A stretch of 64,000 bases of DNA from Butyrivibrio sp. (GCA_023664865.1 JAMPEU010000004.1:51627-115626), one strand, 5' to 3'. Numbered from the stretch's first letter, positions 38,819 to 49,946 are shown. Numbers and translations: made by a program. The notes: generated by a model from the letters alone, not told the origin.

Positions 38819-39604
38819 ATGAAAAACTTGAAATTATACCTTAAGTACGCCTCTGTCTGCATGCAGAGCGTAATGCAATACAAGCTGTCATTTATATTGA
38901 TGATTACCGCACGTTTTATTATATCGTTTTGTGAACTTATCGCAATTAAATTCTTATTTGCGGGATTCAGTCAGCTAAAAGGCTACACCTACGGCGATAT
39001 TTTGCTGTGTTTTTCCCTTGTCCAGATGTCATTCACATTTTCTGAACTGTTTGGCAACGGATTCAAGGTATTTTCGTCCATTGTGCGAAAAGGTGAATTT
39101 GACCGCATGATGTTAAGACCATGTAGTTTAATTCTTCAAATAATAGGAAGCAGATTTGAAGTAGGAAGAACCGGTCCGCTGCTGACTGCGGCTGTTACAC
39201 TGTTTCTGGGTATCAAATACAGCAATATAGAATTGAATGTGGTGACAATTTTGACAATGGCTTCCATGATTATAGGCGGCACTTTGCTATTTATAGGTCT
39301 GTTCATGCTGGGGGCAAGTTTTTGTTTTTTTTCCATCGAAGATACTTCGTTGATTAACGTGCTTACTTATGGGGCAAAAACCCACGGCAAATATCCGCTG
39401 GATATCTACGGAACAGGGATAATGCGGTTCTGCACCTACATTATTCCGTATACGTTAATTCAATACTATCCTTTGCAATTTCTATTGGGGAAAACGACTG
39501 ATTGGCGTCTTGCCTTTTATCCGTTCGGAATTATTGTGTTCCTGCTTATATGTTATTTTATATGGCGGTTCGGGGTAAGGCATTATAAGTCCTGCGGCTC
39601 GTAA
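38819..39604 (+). CDS. ABC-2 type (DUF990) permease
   Basis: GEFDRMMLRP, YPLDIY and terminal YKSCGS motifs. Confidence 0.85.
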   Translation: MKNLKLYLKYASVCMQSVMQYKLSFILMITARFIISFCELIAIKFLFAGFSQLKGYTYGDILLCFSLVQMSFTFSELFGNGFKVFSSIVRKGEFDRMMLRPCSLILQIIGSRFEVGRTGPLLTAAVTLFLGIKYSNIELNVVTILTMASMIIGGTLLFIGLFMLGASFCFFSIEDTSLINVLTYGAKTHGKYPLDIYGTGIMRFCTYIIPYTLIQYYPLQFLLGKTTDWRLAFYPFGIIVFLLICYFIWRFGVRHYKSCGS

Positions 39605-39616
39605 TGATAACAGTAA

Positions 39617-39795
39617 CACCCCAGCCCACAGGCAGCAGGAACGCATATGTTCCCTGACGCAGCCCTTGAAAATCGCCGGTACTTAGTGAAAAAGCTGCTT
39701 TTTAGCTTTTGAACTTAGTACCGCTGCGTTTTTCACGGAGCGAGAGCGTGCTGCAAAGGGAACATATGCGTTCCTGCTGCCTGTGGGCTGGGGTG
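39617..39795 (+). repeat. Structured repeat family B, copy 2
   Basis: 39-bp perfect arms CACCCCAGCCCACAGGCAGCAGGAACGCATATGTTCCCT around the core CCCTTGAAAATCGCCGGTACTTAG...CTTAGTACCG...CACGGAGCGAGAGCGTG. Confidence 0.88.
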
Positions 39796-39811
39796 ATATA
39801 ACATGAGGCGG

Positions 39812-40714
39812 TTATTCTACCGCCCCAATCAGTTCGTTAATATCTTCAATTTTATTACAGCGCATATACTCTTCGATGCCCTCGATTACTTCTATCGTCG
39901 TATACGGATTGACGAAATTCATCGCTCCGACGGCTACCGCAGACGCGCCTGCGAGAATAAACTCAATGGCATCTTCCGCCGTCCGAATGCCGCCCATTCC
40001 TATAATGGGAATTTTAACGACGTGAGCCGCCTGATATACCATTCTCACAGCTATCGGTTTTATCGCCGGTCCTGACATGCCGCCGGTTTTATTGGCAAGC
40101 ACGAACTTTCTCTTATGAATATCGATTTTCATACCCGTTATGGTGTTTATCATCGAAAGTGCGTCCGCGCCTGCTGCCTCCGCCGCTTTAGCCATCTCTG
40201 TAATATCGGTTACATTGGGACTGAGTTTCATAATGATAGGCTGCTTTGCGTGTTTTTTTATCTGCGATGTAATGTCATACAGACAGTCCGCCTTTTGTCC
40301 AAACGCTATTGCGCCTTCCTTTACATTCGGGCAGGAGACATTTATCTCCAATAAGTCCACGGGTTCGTCTGAAAGCCGTTCCACTACCTCAAGATAGTCT
40401 TCTACCGTTTTGCCGCACACGTTCACTATCACGCGGGTATCATAGTTTTTCAGAAAAGGAATATCCCTTTCTACAAACACATCAATACCCGGATTTTGAA
40501 GACCGATAGCGTTCAACATTCCTCCGTATACCTCCGCCACGCGCGGCGTGGGATTGCCCTGCCACGGCACATTAGCGACGCCTTTGGTAACTACCGCCCC
40601 CAGCCTGTTTAAATCCACAAAATCACCATATTCCATGCCGGAGCCAAATGTCCCGGAGGCTGTCATAACCGGATTCTTAAGCGTAACTCCTGCAATCTCA
40701 ACCTTAGTATTCAT
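39812..40714 (-). CDS. pyrD: Dihydroorotate dehydrogenase B, catalytic subunit
   Basis: KNPVMTASGTFG, GMLNAIGLQNPG, EINVSCPN, KLSPN and GGMSGPAIKP motifs. Confidence 0.95.
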   Translation of the reverse strand: MNTKVEIAGVTLKNPVMTASGTFGSGMEYGDFVDLNRLGAVVTKGVANVPWQGNPTPRVAEVYGGMLNAIGLQNPGIDVFVERDIPFLKNYDTRVIVNVCGKTVEDYLEVVERLSDEPVDLLEINVSCPNVKEGAIAFGQKADCLYDITSQIKKHAKQPIIMKLSPNVTDITEMAKAAEAAGADALSMINTITGMKIDIHKRKFVLANKTGGMSGPAIKPIAVRMVYQAAHVVKIPIIGMGGIRTAEDAIEFILAGASAVAVGAMNFVNPYTTIEVIEGIEEYMRCNKIEDINELIGAVE

Positions 40715-41490
40715 CAGATATCCACCTCTTTTGCTTCAAATACCGGACCGTCAGTGCATATACGCGCATTATGCACATGCGAATGATGGTCCACTTCCTT
40801 CGTTGCGCATACGCAGCCCAGACACGCACCGACGCCGCACGCCATTCTTTCTTCCAGGGAAATATACGCCTCAATCGAATTTTCTTCTGCATATTTCTTA
40901 ATCGCGCGCAGCATCGGCATAGGACCGCACGCCATAATTAAATCAGCCTTAAGTCCATGCTCTTTTATCGCGTCCATTACATTCCCGCGGCTGCCTGCGC
41001 TGCCATCTTCCGTAGCAATATATACATCTCCGTAACGACTTAAATCCTCTCGCAAAAATAAATCATTGTTACGGTATCCGAGTATAATCTTTTTATCGGC
41101 ATTAAGTTCTTTGGCAAGCTGTAACATCGGTGGAATCCCTATGCCGCCGCCCATTAAGAAGACTGTCTTTCCTGCCGCCTTTTCAAGCGGAAAGCCATTG
41201 CCTAAAATCCCCAGAATATCTACTGTATCTCCTGCCTGATAAGAAGAAAATTCTCTCGTTCCGGCTCCGGCGATACGATATACCAGCCGCAGCCTTCCTT
41301 TCTCCTTATCTGCCTCGCATACGCTTATCGGTCTGGGCAGAAGCGTCGCCGCGTTCTTCGGATAAACCGCGACAAACTGACCTGCGTGTGCATATTGCGC
41401 GAGTTCCGTCTCCAGCCATAAATCATATATGCTGTTTGCTATTTCTTTTTGCGACACTACTATCGCTTTTGTTTTCTTCTTCTGTTTCAT
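40714..41490 (-). CDS. pyrK: Dihydroorotate dehydrogenase B electron transfer subunit
   Basis: LPRPISV, GGGIGIPP, ACGP and MACGVGACLGC motifs; start at MKQKK overlapping the pyrC stop. Confidence 0.93.
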   Translation of the reverse strand: MKQKKKTKAIVVSQKEIANSIYDLWLETELAQYAHAGQFVAVYPKNAATLLPRPISVCEADKEKGRLRLVYRIAGAGTREFSSYQAGDTVDILGILGNGFPLEKAAGKTVFLMGGGIGIPPMLQLAKELNADKKIILGYRNNDLFLREDLSRYGDVYIATEDGSAGSRGNVMDAIKEHGLKADLIMACGPMPMLRAIKKYAEENSIEAYISLEERMACGVGACLGCVCATKEVDHHSHVHNARICTDGPVFEAKEVDI

Positions 41491-42803
41491 TATTCTTCCT
41501 TTCTGCTGTATACAATCTTTCCATCGCATATAGTATACTCTATTACGCCGGGCAGCCATTCCCCTATAAAAGGCGAATTGCACGACTTAGAGGCAAATCC
41601 TTCCCGTGTCACCTGCCACTTTTTGTTCATGTCAAAGATAACCAAATCCGCAGCTTTGCCCTCGGCTATGCTGCCTGCTTCCAAATGATAAAATTCTGCG
41701 GGTGCGGCGCTCATTTTCCTAATCAGCTCCATCATGGAAAGATATTTAGGCTCTACAAGCTCTCTTATGCCTAGCGACAACGCCGTTTCCAAACCTATTA
41801 TGCCGCTCGGCGCCTCCGTAATGGCTCTGCTTTTTTCCTCCGCGCTATGCGGCGCATGGTCGGTTGCTATCATATCAATAGCGCCGTCTTTTAAGCCTTC
41901 TATTATCGCCTGCCTGTCCGCCTCTTCCCTCAGCGGCGGGTTCATTTTCGCCATGGCGCCATGCTCTATAACCGCATCCTGCGTCAGCGTAAAGTGGTGC
42001 GGAGTCGCCTCTGCAAAAATGTGGCTGCTTTTTTTCTTTATCTGCCTTATAAGTTCTACGGCTTCTTTAGTGCTGATATGCTGAATGGACAAATCCGTGC
42101 CTTCTTCATCGGCTATCTCAATATCACGTTTCACCATATCTATTTCTGCCTGTCTGTCTGAACCGCCGATTCCCAAGTATTCGGACGCCTTGCCGGCATT
42201 GATGCCGTTATTTGCAATATATTGCGGATTCTCTTCATGCAGGCTGATGGGTTTTCCAAGCCTTGCCGCCTTACGCAGAGCCTCACGCAGTAAATCTTCG
42301 TTTAAAATGGGAACGCCGTCATCGGTAAATCCGACCGCTCCGGCAGCGCTTAAGGCTTCCATATCGACAAGCTCCTGCCCTTTCATTCCCCGGCTTACAT
42401 TAGCGCAGGTGTGCACATGGATTCCGGTTTTTTTACCTTTCTCAATGACAAGTTTAAGGGTTTCTTCATTATCCACGGGCGGCTTTGTATTCGCCATCAG
42501 CACTACCGTCGTAAATCCGCCCTTTGCCGCAGCCGCAGCGCCGCTTTCAATATCTTCTTTATAGGTAAAACCGGGATCCCTGAAATGTACATGCACATCT
42601 ACAAGCCCCGGCGCAATTACTTTGCCTGATGCGTCAATATACTCAACCTGCTCCGTTTTGCTTAGTCCGTTATTTAATCCGTCTGTAAAAGTTTTACCCT
42701 GTTCCGTAATTGACTCTATTTTACCATCTTTTATAAGTATGTCGCAGTATCCTTCCAAACCTGATTTCGGATCTATTACATATCCGTTCTTAATACAGAA
42801 CAT
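41490..42803 (-). CDS. pyrC: Dihydroorotase
   Basis: DVHVHFRDPG, KMNPPLR and ATDHAPH motifs; start at MFCIKNG. Confidence 0.94.
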   Translation of the reverse strand: MFCIKNGYVIDPKSGLEGYCDILIKDGKIESITEQGKTFTDGLNNGLSKTEQVEYIDASGKVIAPGLVDVHVHFRDPGFTYKEDIESGAAAAAKGGFTTVVLMANTKPPVDNEETLKLVIEKGKKTGIHVHTCANVSRGMKGQELVDMEALSAAGAVGFTDDGVPILNEDLLREALRKAARLGKPISLHEENPQYIANNGINAGKASEYLGIGGSDRQAEIDMVKRDIEIADEEGTDLSIQHISTKEAVELIRQIKKKSSHIFAEATPHHFTLTQDAVIEHGAMAKMNPPLREEADRQAIIEGLKDGAIDMIATDHAPHSAEEKSRAITEAPSGIIGLETALSLGIRELVEPKYLSMMELIRKMSAAPAEFYHLEAGSIAEGKAADLVIFDMNKKWQVTREGFASKSCNSPFIGEWLPGVIEYTICDGKIVYSRKEE

Positions 42804-42844
42804 TTCGGTTTCCTCATTTCCATTATTACTATTCACAGTCTGAG

Positions 42845-42980
42845 GGCATGAACTCATATGTTTCCATGAGTGATCCCTTGGAAAACGCCGGTACTTAGCG
42901 AGGTATTTTCGAGCTTAGTACCGTTGTGATTTTCCACGGAGCGAGAGCGTGTCACTCATGGAAACATATGAGTTCATGCC
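42845..42980 (+). repeat. Structured repeat family B, copy 3
   Basis: 29-bp perfect arms GGCATGAACTCATATGTTTCCATGAGTGA around the same core as the other B copies. Confidence 0.88.
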
Positions 42981-43027
42981 ATATATGACTATTAACAATA
43001 ATATTGTAACACACCTTTATCCATTCT

Positions 43028-43447
43028 TCAATCAAACGCCACAGGCTTATCCACAAATTCGGTTTTTACCACCACATAAGGATATGAAGGAACAAGCCGC
43101 CCCTTCTCTTCCGCCCCCGGACCTATCAGATTCGTATCTATGTATATTGCATTTCCGGTTTCGTATAAATCATTGACCGCAATGCTGTAGCCTCCTGTCT
43201 CCTGCTCCCCATAACCGACGCAGATATACAAAAATCCCTGATCCTGAAATGTAAGTTTAAAAGACTCCTTCTTTTTTTCTTCAATCATGGAAAGCAATTC
43301 ATCGGGAAGTTTATCCTCTGCAATCACAGTGAACTCCAAATCCTTAATCTTCTCCATCGGATCCTGTTTCTTACCACAGGCAATCACGCCCAAGCACATC
43401 ACGCATACTGCCAGAACGCTGAATATTCTTTTTGAGCATTCATTCAT
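43028..43447 (-). CDS. PrcB C-terminal domain lipoprotein
   Basis: Lipobox IACG; GEQETGGYSI and SYPYVVVK motifs. Confidence 0.8.
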   Translation of the reverse strand: MNECSKRIFSVLAVCVMCLGVIACGKKQDPMEKIKDLEFTVIAEDKLPDELLSMIEEKKKESFKLTFQDQGFLYICVGYGEQETGGYSIAVNDLYETGNAIYIDTNLIGPGAEEKGRLVPSYPYVVVKTEFVDKPVAFD

Positions 43448-43635
43448 AGTATTAGTCTTTCCCTTTAATAAATAATTTACTACTAATTTATTATCAAACG
43501 TAAAACTCTATTCCTTCTTGATTAAAAAAGTACTGCCAAAATATCTCACAATTAAAATAATTTGCTTTAATTGTCAATAAGACTTATAATTAATTTATGG
43601 ATAACAAAAAATAGAGAGAAACGGAGGAAAGCAAC

Positions 43636-45093
43636 ATGACAGAAGAACAATATAAAAGAGCCAATAGTGCAGTATTTCCGGCAGTCGCCTTTATACTTGG
43701 GTATATTGGGGTATCCATGCTGCTGTTCACTATCTCAAGCACTGCAACATGGAGAACATGGCTGCAGTTTGTATCAGCCGTAATCGGTTTGATTATTTCA
43801 ATAGCCGCATATGTTGCGTTAAGAAAAACCAAACAATGCGGTGTAATTATGATGGTGAGCGCCGCGGCGGTTTATGCGATTGTTAGTTTGTTTGGCACCA
43901 CAATCGGCACATGGGCATATTCCATACCTATTTTATTTGCATCAATAGCGTATTTGAATAAAAGGCTCATTATAGGCGGTAACGCAGTTTCTCTTTTGGT
44001 TACTGTTATCCGGCTTATAATATCCATTGTAAATAAAGATGACAGTTTGTCGGATTTGGTAGTTGCACTAATCGTTCTTGTCCTTATGGCATTTGCTTCT
44101 ATCAGGGCAGTAATGCTTTTAATTCAGTTTAATGAAGAAAATATGGGCAGTATTAAGGAAGGCGCACGCAAGCAGGAAGAAAATAATAAAAAGATGGTTC
44201 TTGTCGCCGAAAATATTTCCAACCATTTTGACAGCGCTATGGAAATGCTTGGCAGTTTAAAAGACAGTATTGAAAGCAGCAACTTTGCGATGAACAATAT
44301 TGTAGACAGTACGGAAAGTACCGCTGAGGCAATCCAAAATCAGGCGGCAATGTGTGCTGATATTCAGGATAATATGGACAAGGCTGAGGCTGGAACCAAG
44401 AAGATGCTTGAAGTATCCCAGAGCACTGATAAAACTGTCGCAGAAGGCGCAGAAGTTGTACAGGAACTTAAAACACAGGCTCTCAACGTAGCGGAATCAA
44501 GCAATATCACTGTTGATGTTATTGAAAGGCTTACCGTTAAGGTTGGCGAAGTGCAAAACTTTGTAGGCGCCATATTGAACATTTCCAATCAGACCAATCT
44601 CCTTGCTTTAAATGCTTCTATCGAGGCAGCGCGCGCAGGCGAGGCAGGAAAAGGGTTTGCAGTAGTAGCAGAAGAAATCAGACAGTTATCCGAACAGACT
44701 AAAGACGCATCAAATAAGATTACAAGTATAATCGGAGAACTTATCGAAGATACTAAGCACGCTAATGAAACCATCAGCGATTCAGCGGCTTCTGTCAAAA
44801 AACAGAATGAACTTATTGAGAATACAAAGGATAAATTTGAAAAGATTAAAGAGGAAGTTACGGAACTTGCTGAAAATATAACCAATACAGAGCAGATAAT
44901 TGCGAATATCCTTGAATCTACAAGTACGATTTCCGACAATATTTCTCAACTGTCGGCAACCAGCGAAGAAGTGGCCGCTTCTTCCACCGAGAGCCTTAGC
45001 ACTTTTGAAACAACAGTCAGAAATATGAAGAGTACGCAGGATATTTTAGAAAGCATTTATATACTTGCACAAGATTTAGGCAAGGCAGAATAA
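43636..45093 (+). CDS. Methyl-accepting chemotaxis protein with a membrane-embedded sensor
   Basis: Multi-TM N-terminus; [31 protein letters not shown] signalling hairpin. Confidence 0.93.
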   Translation: MTEEQYKRANSAVFPAVAFILGYIGVSMLLFTISSTATWRTWLQFVSAVIGLIISIAAYVALRKTKQCGVIMMVSAAAVYAIVSLFGTTIGTWAYSIPILFASIAYLNKRLIIGGNAVSLLVTVIRLIISIVNKDDSLSDLVVALIVLVLMAFASIRAVMLLIQFNEENMGSIKEGARKQEENNKKMVLVAENISNHFDSAMEMLGSLKDSIESSNFAMNNIVDSTESTAEAIQNQAAMCADIQDNMDKAEAGTKKMLEVSQSTDKTVAEGAEVVQELKTQALNVAESSNITVDVIERLTVKVGEVQNFVGAILNISNQTNLLALNASIEAARAGEAGKGFAVVAEEIRQLSEQTKDASNKITSIIGELIEDTKHANETISDSAASVKKQNELIENTKDKFEKIKEEVTELAENITNTEQIIANILESTSTISDNISQLSATSEEVAASSTESLSTFETTVRNMKSTQDILESIYILAQDLGKAE

Positions 45094-45125
45094 TCATTCA
45101 AAATTTTTAAAGGAAATAGAAATAT

Positions 45126-45866
45126 ATGATACGACTTATATTAATTCTTCTTTTTGTTTTATTATTTTTAATCGGCAGTATTCCGCTGCTTATTATTGAA
45201 TATTTTATAGGTAAATTCAATATGGATTTGAAGAACCGCAGTTCACTTGCCATCGTCAACTGGGCATTTCGCGGCTGTCTTCGTATTGCAGGAACCAAAG
45301 TTACCGTACTCGGCGAAGAAAATGTCCCAAAAGACGAACCTGTATTATACATCGGTAATCACCGCAGTTATTTTGACATTTTAATTACCTATATCAGAGT
45401 TCCAAGACCTACCGGCTATATCGCTAAAAAAGAGATGCTCAGATACCCTCTCCTGCGCAACTGGATGAAATATCTCCACTGCCTGTTCTTAGACAGAAAG
45501 GATATCAAGCAGGGATTAAAAACGATTCTGGAAGGTATTGAAAAGGTTAAATCCGGCATTTCCATCTGCATATTCCCGGAAGGGACGAGAAATAAAATCA
45601 ATGATACGTTTATGCCGTTCCGTGAAGGAAGCTTCAAAATAGCAGAGAAAACCGGCTGCGCCATTGTCCCTATGAGCATCAACAACTCCGCTGCTATTTT
45701 TGAAGACCACCTTCCTAAAATCAAAAAAGCCCATGTAATACTTGAATACGGAAAACCTATTTATATGAACGAAATGACAAGGGAAGAAAAGAAAGGCATC
45801 GGCGCTAAAGTACAGTCGGTTATAATGGAAACCTACTTTAAAAATAAAGAGTTGCTTTCGGAATAA
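45126..45866 (+). CDS. plsC: 1-acyl-sn-glycerol-3-phosphate acyltransferase
   Basis: NHRSYFD and FPEGTR motifs. Confidence 0.92.
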   Translation: MIRLILILLFVLLFLIGSIPLLIIEYFIGKFNMDLKNRSSLAIVNWAFRGCLRIAGTKVTVLGEENVPKDEPVLYIGNHRSYFDILITYIRVPRPTGYIAKKEMLRYPLLRNWMKYLHCLFLDRKDIKQGLKTILEGIEKVKSGISICIFPEGTRNKINDTFMPFREGSFKIAEKTGCAIVPMSINNSAAIFEDHLPKIKKAHVILEYGKPIYMNEMTREEKKGIGAKVQSVIMETYFKNKELLSE

Positions 45867-45884
45867 ATTGTAATTCATTATGAA

Positions 45885-45971
45885 TGGAATTGAGTATGTA
45901 AATAAAACAAGGGGCTCCAATGCCTGAAAAGCGGTAAGCCGCCCCTTATTTTATTTACATACTCAATTCCA
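45885..45971 (+). repeat. Structured repeat family C, copy 2
   Basis: 23-bp perfect arms TGGAATTGAGTATGTAAATAAAA; core GGGGCTCCAATGCCTGAAAAGCGGTAAGCCGCCCC. Confidence 0.85.
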
Positions 45972-45984
45972 GTTTACTTCAATT

Positions 45985-47544
45985 CTAGTTCCCCTCGATA
46001 GCGCTTATCATAAGTATAAACTCTGCGTTCAAATCCACTTGATTCATTATTCCGAGTTTTTCATTTATTTTCTGATAGTTCCTGCTGCCCACTCCGTCAA
46101 TATAACTGATAGACTGCGCATTTCTCCCCAGAAAATAGTGTAAATGATTTTCCAGCACGGTAGTATACTCATGGTTTGTTATAATATGGTCTACAACCGC
46201 GAGCCTCGTCATTTTCTGAAGCAGTTCCGCATTGTTATCCTGTTCGCTATTTCCCTCTGTCAGATATTTAGAAGCCTTGGAAGCATAAGAAATTTTTTCC
46301 ACATCCCTCATCAATACGCCGGTTGCCTTATCGCACAAAGTTGAATCAACTTTCTGCTTGGTTGAAATGTAAGTTACACACCCCCAAAATACACTATCGT
46401 TATCCATATCAAGTTCGTCTGCATTTTCCAGATAATCGTGCGCCACTTTCCTGTAAGTATATGTTCCGGTTGCCCTATATAATTCCGTAGCTGCAAAAAA
46501 ATAGTCTTCCGGCGAAACATCATTAATATACTCGCCTGCATATCGATACGCCCTATCCGCCGCTTTAATACACTGTGTTGCAAAGTCTATGTCATAGTTC
46601 TGATACAGATAACTAAACTTAGCCATTGCAGCCGCGAAATGAATCGTTGCATCCATCGTAATCTGTTCAATATAAAGCTGATAAGAAGCACTGGAAGCAT
46701 TCCTGACATTGACCGCCGAATAAACTGCTCCGCTTGTAGCATCCTGCATTTTAAGCAGCCAGTCTGCCTCGTATTTTATCTCGTCTAATATGTCCGGAAT
46801 CTCATTGCCGCTCTCCGGAATCCCTATGTCGTCCGTAAATACGTGCGCATACAGTTCATATGCCAGAAGCAGATTGTCGATTGCACTACAACACTCCACT
46901 ACATCCCTTTTTCCAGTCTCGTCAACATGCCAGCCGCCTGATACTTCCATCTGCATCTCAGTATCTTCTTCATACTTAGCCATTTTAGTATGACAAGCGT
47001 TATGCGCCGCATTCCCCGCAAACTCCGTTGAAAGCGTAAGTCCGCAGCGGCTATAATAATATTGTTTCAAAGCATCATTAAAAATACTGTCGTAAGGCGT
47101 CTGTCCAATCACAAAAGGATATGAACGTCCAATCACTTCCGCCTGTAAATAATATGTTCCGGGGGCGTTATATTCGGAAAAATCCCCATAACTGATATTT
47201 TCCTGCGTAGCGTCATTATATCCCATTTGTTCAATAGCGCCCGTATATACCGTCTCACCTGTGGAAACATCAATCAAATCATATGTACTCGGAAGAACTT
47301 CCCCCCGAAATACCGCTATTTTTTTACTGTCAGCGGAGTACCCTACCTGATTGACTACGATTTCCGGAAGCGATTCCGGAATAACATAATCAAATTCCGG
47401 AGTCAGCCCCAGACTGACAATCTCTTCCTCCGGCTCCTTATTTTCCTCTTCCTGTAAAAATAAAGAATCCATCTCGGCGCACCCCGACAGTATACTTATA
47501 CATAAAATTATGGATGCTATAATGTGTATATTTTTTTTCTTCAT
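45985..47544 (-). CDS. GH9-like lipoprotein with an N-terminal Ig-like domain and degenerate catalytic motifs
   Basis: Lipobox LSGC; VNQVGY, YYYSRCG, SGGWH, PESGNEIPDILDE and YFLGRN motifs; DAGD motif absent; start at MKKKN. Confidence 0.82.
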   Translation of the reverse strand: MKKKNIHIIASIILCISILSGCAEMDSLFLQEEENKEPEEEIVSLGLTPEFDYVIPESLPEIVVNQVGYSADSKKIAVFRGEVLPSTYDLIDVSTGETVYTGAIEQMGYNDATQENISYGDFSEYNAPGTYYLQAEVIGRSYPFVIGQTPYDSIFNDALKQYYYSRCGLTLSTEFAGNAAHNACHTKMAKYEEDTEMQMEVSGGWHVDETGKRDVVECCSAIDNLLLAYELYAHVFTDDIGIPESGNEIPDILDEIKYEADWLLKMQDATSGAVYSAVNVRNASSASYQLYIEQITMDATIHFAAAMAKFSYLYQNYDIDFATQCIKAADRAYRYAGEYINDVSPEDYFFAATELYRATGTYTYRKVAHDYLENADELDMDNDSVFWGCVTYISTKQKVDSTLCDKATGVLMRDVEKISYASKASKYLTEGNSEQDNNAELLQKMTRLAVVDHIITNHEYTTVLENHLHYFLGRNAQSISYIDGVGSRNYQKINEKLGIMNQVDLNAEFILMISAIEGN

Positions 47545-47574
47545 AAATTTAACCTTTGCTTGTTCTGTGTATTC

Positions 47575-47700
47575 ACTCGCAAGCACGCGCTTTCAGCGCT
47601 TTATTGTCTGCTTCGCAGACCGCTTGCTCGTTAATGGCGCTGGAAAATCAAATGTCTGCTTCGCAGCCGCTTGATTTTCCACTGCGCTCATTATATCATA
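47575..47700 (-). repeat. Structured repeat family A, copy 2
   Basis: Reverse complement aligns with 2125..2250; overlaps the stop codon of the amidohydrolase gene. Confidence 0.85.
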
Positions 47701-48865
47701 AAATCCCCGCATTTTCATCATAATATACAATTTTTTCTTCTATTATCGTACACAGCGTCCTGCTGAATACTTCCATCGGATTACCTTCAAAGATAGCCAC
47801 ATCAGCGTCCTTGCCTACTTCCAGGCTGCCTACCCTGTCAGCCGTTCCGCATATCCGCGCCGCATTTATGGTAATTGAGCGCAATCCTTCTTCCCATGCC
47901 AGCCCCGACTTAACGGCAAGTCCGGCGCAGATTGGAAGAAACTGTATCATGGAAACAGGGTGGTCCGTAGTGACTGCCGTGCATATGCCCGCCCTGTTTA
48001 AAATTCCAGCCGTCTTAAACGCCATATTCTGTACTTCTATCTTATTCCTGCTCGCCATGTCAGGACCGAGTATTGCCGGAAATCCGCTGTCTCTTATTTC
48101 TTCCGCGATAAGGTGTCCTTCGCTGCAATGGTCGAGAGTCATGGATAGCCCAAACTCCTTGGCTATACGAATAGCGGTTAAAATATCGTCTGCGCGATGA
48201 ACATGCGCCTTTAACGGTATCTTTCCTTCAAGCACGGGAAGCCAACATTCATATCTGAAATCCTTCTCACAATCCTTATCTGCATTTCTTTTTTTCTGAT
48301 ATGCCTTTGCCTCAAAAAGTTCCCTGCGCAGCATCGCAGCAATCGCCATTCTGGTTGCCGGAGATGTATTCTGACCTGAAAAATTTACCTTTGGATTTTC
48401 TCCAAAGGCAATTTTCATCGCGGCAGGCGCCTTAACTATCATATCGTCAATGCACCTCCCATGAGTCTTGATAAATGCGAACTGTCCGCCTACCACATTG
48501 GAACTTCCCGGTCCTACCATGACAGAGGTAATTCCGGCGCGCAGTGCATCGTCAAACGCCGCGTCCATTGGGTTAATTGCGTCAATAGCGCGAAGGTAGG
48601 GAGTCAGCGGATCTACATTTTCGTTGCAGTCGTCGCCCTCCATTCCCTTCTTTTCCTCAGTGATGCCCATATGGCAATGCGCCTCTATAATTCCGGGCAT
48701 CACAAGATTGCCATTAGCATCAATAACATTGCTGTCATTATTATTCTTCGGGCAGTCTTTCATATTTCCAATCGCGCTAATCTTCCCATTATCCATCGAT
48801 ATAAAGCCATCTTCATACTCATCGCCCGCCATCGTCTTTATATTTCCATGCACAATTGTAAGCAT
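47696..48865 (-). CDS. Metal-dependent amidohydrolase
   Basis: MPGIIEAHCH, KAHVHRADD, TTDHP and GSLEVGKDAD motifs. Confidence 0.9.
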   Translation of the reverse strand: MLTIVHGNIKTMAGDEYEDGFISMDNGKISAIGNMKDCPKNNNDSNVIDANGNLVMPGIIEAHCHMGITEEKKGMEGDDCNENVDPLTPYLRAIDAINPMDAAFDDALRAGITSVMVGPGSSNVVGGQFAFIKTHGRCIDDMIVKAPAAMKIAFGENPKVNFSGQNTSPATRMAIAAMLRRELFEAKAYQKKRNADKDCEKDFRYECWLPVLEGKIPLKAHVHRADDILTAIRIAKEFGLSMTLDHCSEGHLIAEEIRDSGFPAILGPDMASRNKIEVQNMAFKTAGILNRAGICTAVTTDHPVSMIQFLPICAGLAVKSGLAWEEGLRSITINAARICGTADRVGSLEVGKDADVAIFEGNPMEVFSRTLCTIIEEKIVYYDENAGIL

Positions 48866-48892
48866 ATAATATTCTCCTCAAAGCAACATGGT

Positions 48893-49897
48893 TTATTGGC
48901 TCAACCTACTCATAGGATTAACCGGCTCCCCATCCTTTGTCAGCTTAAAGAATACATTCGCGCCTTCCGAGCTGTAATATTTGGTCGGATGCGCCACGTT
49001 TCCTATTATATCTCCCGCTGCCACGTAGCTCCCTTCGCTTACGGTAATATCATCAAGCTGTCCGTAAGTCAGTTCATATTGATTGCCCAAGTCCATAACT
49101 ACCGTATTGCCAAGCTGAGAATCATAATCCACGGAAACCACTCTGCCGTCCGCTGCCGCGGTAATCGCCTCCCCTTCCGTTGCGGCGATTACTATTCCGG
49201 GATTATATTTATACTGCTGTAAGGTCGCAAAATATATAGTCTTGTCCATACTGTAATTTATCAGAATATTGCCAACTATCGGCCACATAAGGCCATCTTC
49301 CTCATTAAAATCTAAGAGCGGCTGAACAGTTGTGGCAATCGCCTCTTCTGCAGTTTCGTCAGAAACTACGCTTTCTGATACATCAGTTGCCGAGGAGTCG
49401 CTTGGCGCATCTGTCTGTTTTGTGTCGCTTTCACTTTCGGAAGGCTTAGATGCCTTTGCCTCTCCTTCTTTATTTTCATCAAACATGCCTTCCTCATCGC
49501 CGGTACTTGTCTTTGAATTATCTTTGTCCTTTTTTTGTCCGCTCTTAGCTGCGCTCTGCGTGGTCTGCCCATCTGTTTCTTCCGGCGGATTTTCAGATTC
49601 AACAGGCGTATTATCCACATTCTCTACGCTGTCTGAATTAGCTTCCTGAAAACCGGGATCATAATCCAAGTCATCTGTTCCTATTTCGGCAAAAAGAGCT
49701 TCGTCAACTTCATTTGGCAATGCGTTTTCGTCAGTTTCAATTACACTAAAATCCAGAACATTGCTTTCCTCTTCCGTCTGTCTGTTGCTTCTGACGAAAA
49801 TACCCGTTGCCGTAAGCGCCGTCAGCACAAGCACCGCCGAAGCCAACATAATGATTCGTTCTTTACTAACACCATTTTTATTCCTTTTCATGCCCAT
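48893..49897 (-). CDS. spoIIQ: SpoIIQ-like M23 domain protein
   Basis: N-terminal TM, acidic linker, M23 fold lacking Zn ligands; directly downstream of spoIID. Confidence 0.7.
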   Translation of the reverse strand: MGMKRNKNGVSKERIIMLASAVLVLTALTATGIFVRSNRQTEEESNVLDFSVIETDENALPNEVDEALFAEIGTDDLDYDPGFQEANSDSVENVDNTPVESENPPEETDGQTTQSAAKSGQKKDKDNSKTSTGDEEGMFDENKEGEAKASKPSESESDTKQTDAPSDSSATDVSESVVSDETAEEAIATTVQPLLDFNEEDGLMWPIVGNILINYSMDKTIYFATLQQYKYNPGIVIAATEGEAITAAADGRVVSVDYDSQLGNTVVMDLGNQYELTYGQLDDITVSEGSYVAAGDIIGNVAHPTKYYSSEGANVFFKLTKDGEPVNPMSRLSQ

Positions 49898-49946
49898 AAT
49901 TTAAACTTTGCCTCCTACTGAGAAATCATTTTCGTTTTATGGTGTT

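Noticed and set aside
42804-43027. PyrR attenuator upstream of pyrC
   Set aside because: No PyrR-binding loop consensus recognised; the hairpin there is a family B copy also found beside unrelated genes.
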